Positions 7,980 through 15,108 of a stretch of DNA of 15,108 nt are shown piece by piece. Position 1 is the first letter of the stretch, and each line of letters opens with the position of its first letter. The DNA is taken from positions 1-15,108 of the forward strand of contig JAYWEM010000003.1 in assembly GCA_043779265.1 (NCBI GenBank), read 5' to 3'. The stretch comes from a bacterium (GTDB taxonomy: Bacteria; Eisenbacteria; RBG-16-71-46). A program made the translations under genes and the position numbers. The notes under the pieces are model-generated. The model worked only from the letters and a program-made list of their open reading frames with translations, was not told the DNA's origin and made no database searches.

Positions 7980-7996
7980 TCGCCGTCTCGCGCCCC

Positions 7997-8022
7997 GGGC
8001 GCGGCGCCCAGGCGTTGCGCCC
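7997..8022 (+). repeat. Second hairpin in the hcp-tagJ gap, next to the tagJ ribosome-binding site
   Basis: GGGCGCGGCGC (7997-8007) pairs with GCGTTGCGCCC (8012-8022): 11 bp with two G-U pairs, loop CCAG. SD GAGG lies at 8025-8028. Confidence 0.65.
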
Positions 8023-8034
8023 ACGAGGTCCACG

Positions 8035-8874
8035 ATGAGCGCACCGATGCTCGACCTGAAGGGCCGCCCGCTTCGAGAGACGCTGGCGCAGCTGCAAGCC
8101 CAGGTCCGGCAGAATCCGGGCGATGCCAAGTTGCGCATCTTCCTGTTCCAACTGCTGGCCGTGCTCGGCCAGTGGGACCGTGCACTGACGCAGTTGGGCG
8201 TGACGGGCGAGATGGACACCGCCGCGATGGCTATGGTCCACACCTACCGCGACGCCGTGAAGTGCGAGCCACTGCGCGCCGAGGTGTTCGCCGGCAAGCG
8301 CACGCCGGTGGTGTTCGGCGAGCCCGAGGCCTGGACCGCGCTGCTGTTCGAGGCGCTGCGCGTCTCGGCGGCCGGCGAGCACGCCAAGGCGGCGCAGTTG
8401 CGTGAGACCGCCTTCGAACAGGCGCCTGCCACGTCCGGCAAGGCGATTCCCTGGACGATGAAGGGCGAGGACGATGACCCGCCCGCTGGCGAGCCGTTCG
8501 CCTGGGTCGCCGACGCGGACCCGCGCATGGGACCGATGCTCGAGGCGATCGTGCTGGGGCGCTATGTGTGGATCCCGTTCCATCGCCTGCAGCGCATCCA
8601 GTTCGAGCCGGTCGAGGATCTGCGCGACCTCGTGTGGACCCCGGTGCACCTGACCTGGTCCAATGGAGGCGAGCAAGTGGCGCTGCTGCCCGTGCGCTAC
8701 CCCGACAGCGAGGCATCCGAGGACGATGGCCTTCTGCTCGCGCGCAGGACCGAGTGGGCTGAGCTTTCGCCCGGGTCCCACGCCGGTATCGGTCAGCGAC
8801 TGCTGGCCACCGATCAGGCGGAATACGGACTCCTCGAACTGCGCTCGTTGGAACTCGCGCCCGCGGAAGCCTGA
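8035..8874 (+). CDS. tagJ: T6SS accessory protein TagJ (ImpE/SciE/HsiE1 family), 279 aa
   Basis: ATG 8035 after GAGG. Motifs VRQNPGDAKLRIFLFQLLAVLGQWDRALTQL, RAEVFAGKRTP, FAWVADADPRMGPMLE, Y.WIPF, DLRDLVW.P, LP.RYP.S, LARRTEW, GIGQRLLATD; located between hcp and tssE. Confidence 0.93.
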   Translation: MSAPMLDLKGRPLRETLAQLQAQVRQNPGDAKLRIFLFQLLAVLGQWDRALTQLGVTGEMDTAAMAMVHTYRDAVKCEPLRAEVFAGKRTPVVFGEPEAWTALLFEALRVSAAGEHAKAAQLRETAFEQAPATSGKAIPWTMKGEDDDPPAGEPFAWVADADPRMGPMLEAIVLGRYVWIPFHRLQRIQFEPVEDLRDLVWTPVHLTWSNGGEQVALLPVRYPDSEASEDDGLLLARRTEWAELSPGSHAGIGQRLLATDQAEYGLLELRSLELAPAEA

Positions 8875-8881
8875 GCCACGC

Positions 8882-9397
8882 ATGGCCGAGCAGACTCCAC
8901 AGGATCGGCTGCAGCCCGCGCTCCTCGACCGGTTGACGGACGACGAGCCGCGCTCGAGCGTCGAGCCGCGCGAGCGCCGCATCGTGAACTTGCGGCGGCT
9001 GCGCGAGTGCGTGCTTCGCGATCTGTCGTGGCTGCTCAACACCGGCACGTTGTCGCAGGTGAGCGACCTCTCGGACTACCCCGAAGTGGAGCGCTCGGTG
9101 CTCGACTACGGCGTGCGCGACATGGCGGGGACGTCGCTGAGCGGCGTCGACCCGGGTGAGATGGAGAAGCGCATCCGTCAGGCGATCCTCGACTTCGAGC
9201 CGAGGATCCTCAAGCGCAGCCTCAAAGTGCGCTCGGTGCCCTCGGGCGATCCGGAGCATCGCAACGCGATCGCGATCCAGATCGAGGGGGAACTGTGGGC
9301 GCAGCCGATCCCGCTTCGCCTCTACCTGCAATCCGAGATCGATCTCGAGGACGGCCACATGACCGTGGTCGACCGTTCGGAGGGGGGAGCGGCCTGA
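8882..9397 (+). CDS. tssE: T6SS baseplate protein TssE (gp25-like), 171 aa
   Basis: ATG 8882, 7 nt after the tagJ stop. Motifs DRLQPALLDRLTDDEP, VLRDLSWLLNT, SVLDYG, IRQAI.DFEPRI, IEGELWAQPIP. Confidence 0.95.
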   Translation: MAEQTPQDRLQPALLDRLTDDEPRSSVEPRERRIVNLRRLRECVLRDLSWLLNTGTLSQVSDLSDYPEVERSVLDYGVRDMAGTSLSGVDPGEMEKRIRQAILDFEPRILKRSLKVRSVPSGDPEHRNAIAIQIEGELWAQPIPLRLYLQSEIDLEDGHMTVVDRSEGGAA

Positions 9398-9416
9398 GAG
9401 GCCGACCCGACTGACC

Positions 9417-11309
9417 ATGGACCGACGACTCCTGACCTACTACAACCGCGAACTCCAGATCCTCCGCGAGATGGGAGGGGAGTTCTCGCGCGAGTATCCC
9501 AAGGTCGCAGCGCGCCTCGGCATGGAGGGGCTCGAAGTCGCCGATCCCTATGTGGAGCGGCTGCTCGAGAGCTTCGCCTTCCTCGCCGCACGCGTGCAGA
9601 TGAAGCTCGATGCCGAGTTCCCGCGCTTCACCCAGCATCTGATGGAGAGCGTGTTCCCCAACTACCTGGCGCCGACGCCTTCGATGGCCGTCGTCCGCCT
9701 GGAGCCCGAGCCGGGGCAAGGCGACCTGACCCAGGGCATCGTCGTGCCGAGGGGCACCGTTCTGCGCAGCGTGCTCGGCAAGGGCGAGACCACGCCCTGC
9801 GAGTACCGGACGTCGCAGGACACGACGCTGTGGCCGATCGATCTGGTCGACGCGCAGCTCGTGCGCGTCGCGGGTTCCGCGGCTGGCCTCGACCTGCCCG
9901 CGCTGCCCGAGGTGCGCTCGGGCCGTGTGCGTGCCGCGCTGAAGCTGCGGCTGCGGGCGACGCACGGCAGTCGCATGGATGCACTCGGGCTCGACAAACT
10001 CGCGCTGCACCTGCGAGGCGGCGAGGATGCGCCGGCGCGGTTGCTCGAGAACGTGATCGCGGGTGCGATCGGCGTGGTGGTGCGCCCGACCAAGGCGCCG
10101 GCGGCCTGGCATGAGGTGCTGCCGCGCGAACGCGTCCGGATGATGGGGCTCGAGGACGACGAGGCACTGCTCCCGGTGAGCCATCGTGGGTTCAGCGGGT
10201 ACCGGCTGCTGCAGGAGTACTTCGCGTTCCCGCAGCGGTTCCTGTTCTTCGAGGTGTCGGGACTGCAGCGCGCCATCTCCAAGTGCGCCGATCCCGAGAT
10301 CGACGTCATCATCCTGCTCGATCGAGCGGACCCGGCACTCGAGGGGCAGGTCGATGCCGGCGACTTCTCGCTCTTCTGCACGCCCGCCATCAACTTGTTC
10401 CCGCGCCGCGCGGACCGCATCCACCTGAGTGAGCGCGAGTACGAGTACCTGGTCGTGCCCGATCGCACCCGCCCGATGGACTACGAGGTCCACGAGATCA
10501 CCGAGGTCGCGGGCTTCGGCGAAGGGGGCGATCGCGCTCGCACGTTCCTGCCCTTCTACGGCGTCTCCGATCTGACGCGGGCCGACGAGGGCGGCGCGTT
10601 CTTCTCGCTGCGCCGGGTGCCGCGCCAACTCTCGAGCCGTCAGCAGGTGCAGGGCCCGCGCTCGGGCTATCTGGGCTCCGAGGTCTTCATCTCGCTCGTC
10701 GACGGCCGTGAAGCGCCGTTCTCGGGGGATCTGCGCCAGCTCGGCATCGAGACGTGGTGCACCAACCGCGACCTCCCGCTGATGATGCCGGTGGGTCAGG
10801 GGCGCACCGACTTCACGCTGATCTCGGGCGCGCCGGTCCGCTCGGTGCGCGTCGTCGCCGGGCCGACACGGCCGCGGCCGACTCTCGCCGAGGGCGAGAC
10901 CGCCTGGCGGTTGATCTCGCTGCTGTCGCTCCATCAGCGTGCGCTGACCGATCGCGACGACAAGCAGGGCGCCGCCGCGCTGCGCGAGATGCTGGCCCTG
11001 CATGGCGAGTTGGCCGAGCCAGCCGTCCGCAAGCAGGTCGAGGGACTTCGCCAGCTCGCGACGCGGCCCGTCATGCAGCGCGTGACGCAGGGAGCGGCGA
11101 CCAGCTGGGTGCGCGGGCTCGAGGTCACCATCACATTCGACGAGGCCAGCTTCCAGGGCACCGGTGTGTTCCTGCTCAGCGCGGTGCTGGAGCGGTTCTT
11201 CGCCCGGGTCGTCACGCTCAATTCATTCACCGAGACGGTCATTCGAACCGTGGAGCGCGGGGAGGTCGCAAGGTGGCCAGCGAGGATCGGGAGCCGGGCG
11301 ACGCTCTGA
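9417..11309 (+). CDS. tssF: T6SS baseplate protein TssF (ImpG/VasA), 630 aa
   Basis: Motifs YYNREL..LREMG.EF...YPKVAARL, DPYVERLLESFAFLAAR, GYRLLQEYFAFPQRFLF, CTPAINLF, CTNRDLP, WRLISLLSL, VLERFFAR.VTLNSFTE. Confidence 0.97.
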   Translation: MDRRLLTYYNRELQILREMGGEFSREYPKVAARLGMEGLEVADPYVERLLESFAFLAARVQMKLDAEFPRFTQHLMESVFPNYLAPTPSMAVVRLEPEPGQGDLTQGIVVPRGTVLRSVLGKGETTPCEYRTSQDTTLWPIDLVDAQLVRVAGSAAGLDLPALPEVRSGRVRAALKLRLRATHGSRMDALGLDKLALHLRGGEDAPARLLENVIAGAIGVVVRPTKAPAAWHEVLPRERVRMMGLEDDEALLPVSHRGFSGYRLLQEYFAFPQRFLFFEVSGLQRAISKCADPEIDVIILLDRADPALEGQVDAGDFSLFCTPAINLFPRRADRIHLSEREYEYLVVPDRTRPMDYEVHEITEVAGFGEGGDRARTFLPFYGVSDLTRADEGGAFFSLRRVPRQLSSRQQVQGPRSGYLGSEVFISLVDGREAPFSGDLRQLGIETWCTNRDLPLMMPVGQGRTDFTLISGAPVRSVRVVAGPTRPRPTLAEGETAWRLISLLSLHQRALTDRDDKQGAAALREMLALHGELAEPAVRKQVEGLRQLATRPVMQRVTQGAATSWVRGLEVTITFDEASFQGTGVFLLSAVLERFFARVVTLNSFTETVIRTVERGEVARWPARIGSRATL

Positions 11310-12355
11310 GCGACGAGCCGCCGGGAACCCCCTCGGCGACGCTCCCGCCCGGAGCCCTCGAGTTCTTCCAGAAGCTCCAAGAGCGGCCCTGGGATTTCCA
11401 TCTCTACCAGGCGCTGCGCCGCATGGAGTGCGTCTACGACGACAAGCCACGACTCGGACGAGCCCTCCGGCTCCGCGATGAGCCCGTGCGCCTCGGCCAG
11501 GAGCCCTCGCTCGCCTTCGCACCCTCGACGCTCGCCTCGTTCGAGTTCGGCCGAGAGGGTCGGCCACCGCGTCTCGACCAGTTCGCGATCGGCGTGTTCG
11601 GCCCCAATGGGCCGCTGCCGCTGCACCTGACCGAGTACACGCGCGACCGCGAGCGCAACGTCGGGGACCACACGTTCCGTCGGTTCGTCGATCTGTTCCA
11701 TCACCGCATGCTGTCGCTGTTCTATCGGGCGTGGGCCGATGCGCAGCCGACGGTGCAGCACGATCGCCCGGATGAGGACCGATTCGCGTTCCATCTCGCT
11801 TGTCTGATCGGCGACGCTCCCGAGTCGACGCACGGGGCCGATGGTGTGCCGCATCATGCAAGGCTGCACTGGGCAGGATTGTTCGCGAGCCCGACGCGGC
11901 ATGCCGAGGGTCTCGAGCGCATCCTGGGCGGCTTCTTCCAGGTTCCGGTGCGGGTGTGTTCGAATCACGGTCATTGGCTCGAGGTCCCGCGCACCAAGCT
12001 CAGCCGTCTCGGCGGTTTCGAGTGCGGACTCGGCTCGAGCGCCACGCTCGGCGAGCGCGTGTGGGACGCCTCGGGCCGCTTCCGCATCGTGTTCGGCCCG
12101 GTCGGCCGCACCGAGTTCGAGCGGCTCCTGCCCGGCAGTCCATCGCTCACACGGCTGATGGGACTGGTGCGAGCGTGGATCGGCGAATCATTGTCCTGGG
12201 ACGTCAATGTCATTCTGAAGCGCGAGGAGGTTCCCGGCACACGGCTCGGCTCGGAGGGACGGCTCGGATGGACGAGTTGGACCTTGGGCGGACCGGCGCA
12301 CCGGGACGCCCGCGATTACGTCATCGAGCCGGTCGCACTCGCGGCTGCGCGATAG
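11273..12355 (+). CDS. tssG: T6SS baseplate protein TssG (ImpH/VasB), about 360 aa, GTG start overlapping tssF by 37 nt
   Basis: GGAGG (11261-11265) precedes GTG 11273. Motifs F.LYQALRRME, VRLGQEPSLAFAPS, GVFGPNGPLPLHLTEY, FVDLFHHRMLSLFYRAW, LG.RVWD...RFRI.FGP, RLGWTSW. The exact start codon is inferred. Confidence 0.92.
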   Translation: MASEDREPGDALSDEPPGTPSATLPPGALEFFQKLQERPWDFHLYQALRRMECVYDDKPRLGRALRLRDEPVRLGQEPSLAFAPSTLASFEFGREGRPPRLDQFAIGVFGPNGPLPLHLTEYTRDRERNVGDHTFRRFVDLFHHRMLSLFYRAWADAQPTVQHDRPDEDRFAFHLACLIGDAPESTHGADGVPHHARLHWAGLFASPTRHAEGLERILGGFFQVPVRVCSNHGHWLEVPRTKLSRLGGFECGLGSSATLGERVWDASGRFRIVFGPVGRTEFERLLPGSPSLTRLMGLVRAWIGESLSWDVNVILKREEVPGTRLGSEGRLGWTSWTLGGPAHRDARDYVIEPVALAAAR

Positions 12356-12366
12356 AGGAGAGGGTC

Positions 12367-15099
12367 ATGGCGGAGATCAGCCGCGAGGCGTTGTTCGGAA
12401 AGCTCAACCCGGTCGCCTATCGGGCGATCGAGAGTGCGACGGTGTTCTGCAAGATGCGGGGCAACCCGCAGGTCGAGCTGGTGCACTGGCTCAACCAGAT
12501 CCTGCAGCTGACCGACAGCGACCTGCATCGCATCATCAAGCAGTACCAACTGAACCCCTCGAATCTCGCGCGCGATCTGACCGAAGCGCTCGACCGCCTG
12601 CCGCGCGGCGCGAATGCCATCGACCTGTCGTCCAATGTCGAGGAGGCGGTGGAGCGGGCGTGGGTGTACGGCTCGCTGATGTTCGGTGAATCGCAGGTGC
12701 GCACCGGGCACGTGGTCTTCGGACTGCTCAAGACGCGCGGCCTGCGCGTCGCGCTCTCCGCGGTGAGCAAGGAGTTCGAGCGCATCCCGGCGGATGGTCT
12801 CGCCGAGAAGTTCGCCGAGGTCGTCGCCGGCTCTCCCGAGGATGGGTTGCGTGCCAGTGACGGCTTCGAGGCGGGCCCCGGCTCGCCGGGCGAGGCGAGT
12901 GGTGCGATGGCGCCGGCGGCGTTGGGCAAGGGCGACGCGCTCAAGCGCTACTCGGTCGATCTCACGGAGAAGGCGCGCAAGGGCGAGATCGATCCGATCG
13001 TCGGCCGCGACGAGGAGATCCGCCAGGTCGTCGACATCCTGATGCGCCGCCGCCAGAACAACCCGATCATGACGGGAGAGGCGGGCGTCGGGAAGACCGC
13101 GGTCGTCGAGGGCTTCGCGCTGCGCATCGCCTCGGGCGATGTGCCGCCGCCGCTCAAGGACGTCACGCTGCGCACGCTCGACATCGGCCTGCTGCAGGCG
13201 GGTGCCAGCATGAAGGGCGAGTTCGAGAACCGCCTGCGCCAGGTGATCGACGAGGTGCAGGCCTCGCCGATTCCCATCATCCTGTTCATCGACGAGACGC
13301 ACACGCTGATCGGCGCCGGTGGCGCTGCGGGAACCGGCGATGCGGCCAACCTGCTCAAGCCGGCGCTGGCACGCGGCCAGCTGCGCACCATCGGCGCGAC
13401 GACCTGGGCCGAGTACAAGAAGTACATCGAGAAGGACCCGGCCCTGACGCGGCGCTTCCAGACCGTCAAGGTCGAGGAGCCCTCCGAGGAGAAGGCCATC
13501 CTGATGATGCGCGGCGTCGCTTCGACGCTCGAGAAGCACCATCGCGTGGTGCTGCTCGACGAGGCGATCGAGGCCTCGGTGCGGCTGTCGCACCGCTACA
13601 TCCCGGCGCGGCAGCTCCCCGACAAGTCGGTGAGCCTGCTCGACACGGCCTGCGCCCGCGTCGCCGTCAGCCAGCACGCGGTGCCCGCCGAGGTCGAGGA
13701 CAGCCGCCGCCGGATCGAGGCACTCGACACCGAGCTCGGCATCATCTCGCGCGAGGAGGATGCCGGCTTCATGACCGGCACGCGCGCCGCGGAGGCGAAC
13801 GAGCGCCGCACCGCCGAGCAGGAACGCCTCGTGGTGCTCGAGAAGCGCTGGGTGGATGAGAAGTCGTTGGTCGATCGCATCCTGGCGCTGCGGGCCCAGC
13901 TTCGCGGCACTACGGGCACGGTCGAAGGGAAGCCCGTGGCCGCCGAGGCGGCTGCCGCGGTCGCCGCCTCGCCCGCGGCGCCTGCCGCCGCGCCGCTCGC
14001 CGGCGCCGAGCGCGACAAGGCACTGGCGGACCTCAAGAAGCTCGATGTCGAGCTCGCCGAGCTGCAGGGCGATCGTCCGCTCATCCTGCCGAGCGTCGGT
14101 GAGCAGGCGGTCGCGTCGGTGGTCGGGGATTGGACCGGCATCCCCGTCGGCAAGATGGTGAAGAACGAGGTGGAGTCGGTGCTCAGGCTGGCCGAGACGC
14201 TGAACAAGCGGATCATCGGGCAAGGGCACGCCATGGAGATGATCGCGCGCCGTATCCAGACGTCGCGCGCCAAGCTCGACAATCCGAACAAGCCGATCGG
14301 CGTGTTCATGCTGGCCGGCACATCGGGTGTGGGCAAGACGGAGTCCGCGCTCGCGCTCGCCGAGGCGCTGTACGGCGGCGAGCAGAACATCATCACCATC
14401 AACATGAGCGAGTTCCAGGAGGCGCACACGGTCTCGACCCTCAAGGGCGCGCCTCCCGGCTACGTCGGATACGGCGAGGGGGGCATCCTGACCGAGGCCG
14501 TGCGCCGACGCCCCTACAGCGTCGTGCTGCTGGACGAAGTCGAGAAGGCGCACACCGACGTGCACGAGATCTTCTTCCAGGTCTTCGACAAGGGCTGGAT
14601 GGAGGACGGCGAGGGCCGCCGGATCGACTTCAAGAACACGCTGATCATCCTCACCACCAATGCCGGCACCGAGCTGATCACCAGCATGTGCAAAGACCCC
14701 GAGCTGCTGCCCGAAGTGGAGGGGCTGACCAAGGCGCTGCGCGAGCCGTTGCTCAAGGTCTTCCCGCCGGCGCTGCTCGGGCGGCTGGTGGCGATCCCGT
14801 TCTTCCCGCTCACCGACGAGATGCTCGGGTCGATCGCCAAGCTGCAGCTCGGGCGCATCAAGAAACGCGTCGAGGCGCGCTACAAGATCCCGTTCACCTA
14901 CAGCGATGCGGTGATCAAGCTGGTGGTCTCGCGCTGCACCGAGAGCGAATCGGGCGGCCGCATGATCGACGCCATTCTCACCAACACGATGCTGCCGGAC
15001 ATCAGCCGCGAGTTCCTCAATCGCATGATGGCCGGCCATCCGATCGATGGTGTCGAGGTCGATGTCGCCGAGGGCAACTTCGCCTACCGGTTTGCCTGA
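12367..15099 (+). CDS. clpV: T6SS AAA+ ATPase ClpV (TssH), 910 aa
   Basis: ATG 12367 after GAGGAGAGG. ClpV-type N-terminus ISREALFGKLN...IESATVFCKMRGNP.VELVHW; RRRQNNPI.TGEAGVGKT (Walker A1); LFIDE (Walker B1); RYIPARQLPDK; GTSGVGKT (Walker A2); VVLLDEVEKAH (Walker B2). Confidence 0.98.
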   Translation: MAEISREALFGKLNPVAYRAIESATVFCKMRGNPQVELVHWLNQILQLTDSDLHRIIKQYQLNPSNLARDLTEALDRLPRGANAIDLSSNVEEAVERAWVYGSLMFGESQVRTGHVVFGLLKTRGLRVALSAVSKEFERIPADGLAEKFAEVVAGSPEDGLRASDGFEAGPGSPGEASGAMAPAALGKGDALKRYSVDLTEKARKGEIDPIVGRDEEIRQVVDILMRRRQNNPIMTGEAGVGKTAVVEGFALRIASGDVPPPLKDVTLRTLDIGLLQAGASMKGEFENRLRQVIDEVQASPIPIILFIDETHTLIGAGGAAGTGDAANLLKPALARGQLRTIGATTWAEYKKYIEKDPALTRRFQTVKVEEPSEEKAILMMRGVASTLEKHHRVVLLDEAIEASVRLSHRYIPARQLPDKSVSLLDTACARVAVSQHAVPAEVEDSRRRIEALDTELGIISREEDAGFMTGTRAAEANERRTAEQERLVVLEKRWVDEKSLVDRILALRAQLRGTTGTVEGKPVAAEAAAAVAASPAAPAAAPLAGAERDKALADLKKLDVELAELQGDRPLILPSVGEQAVASVVGDWTGIPVGKMVKNEVESVLRLAETLNKRIIGQGHAMEMIARRIQTSRAKLDNPNKPIGVFMLAGTSGVGKTESALALAEALYGGEQNIITINMSEFQEAHTVSTLKGAPPGYVGYGEGGILTEAVRRRPYSVVLLDEVEKAHTDVHEIFFQVFDKGWMEDGEGRRIDFKNTLIILTTNAGTELITSMCKDPELLPEVEGLTKALREPLLKVFPPALLGRLVAIPFFPLTDEMLGSIAKLQLGRIKKRVEARYKIPFTYSDAVIKLVVSRCTESESGGRMIDAILTNTMLPDISREFLNRMMAGHPIDGVEVDVAEGNFAYRFA

Positions 15100-15108
15100 C
15101 GGCTTGAC

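Noticed and set aside
11273..11309. 37-nt tssF/tssG overlap, and the ATGA overlap at tssL/tssM
   Set aside because: Such overlaps are common in T6SS operons and are not novel.
385..12366. N-terminal extensions in the ORF track for tssM (385), tssA (4202), tssB (5295), tssC (5620), hcp (7413), tagJ (7951), tssE (8663), tssG (10754) and clpV (11800)
   Set aside because: The extensions overlap upstream genes or leaders and lack family similarity. The downstream starts match family N-termini and mostly have SD motifs or coupling overlaps, so these are not fusions.
12316..15039. 907-aa minus-strand ORF antisense to clpV, and similar ORFs opposite tssC (5782-7392), tssF (9222-11003), tssA (4172-5389) and tssM (199-1230)
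   Set aside because: They shadow well-supported sense genes and show no recognisable motifs. Long antisense frames are expected from GC-rich codon bias.
75..15107. Many short Arg/Ser/Pro-rich alternative-frame ORFs on both strands
   Set aside because: Their composition is typical of off-frame translation of GC-rich genes, and they overlap real T6SS genes.
1..15108. Effector/immunity pairs, vgrG, PAAR, CRISPR arrays, tRNA/rRNA genes, IS elements
   Set aside because: None seen. T6SS genes account for all coding space, the gaps are at most 154 bp, and I saw no tandem repeat array or low-GC island.

Overview
GC-rich bacterial DNA holding one co-oriented (+ strand) type VI secretion system (T6SS) structural cluster: 5'-truncated tssL, tssM, then after a 154-bp gap tssA, tssB, tssC, hcp, tagJ/impE, tssE, tssF, tssG and clpV (tssH). 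All complete genes look intact. The sheath, baseplate and ATPase genes resemble the TagJ-containing, short-TssA class (P. aeruginosa H1-like, subtype i3). The membrane-complex genes are less typical for that class: TssL has no OmpA domain, TssM is divergent with a polybasic PKKKRKK loop, and no tagF/pppA/ppkA follows tssM. tssJ, tssK, vgrG, PAAR and effector genes are not in the window. I found no wholly new system. The best leads are a candidate promoter plus a CsrA/RsmA-type AGGAU hairpin ahead of tssA, strong hairpins bracketing hcp, and a possibly mosaic origin. Gene calls come from motif recognition and gene order; no database searches were run.
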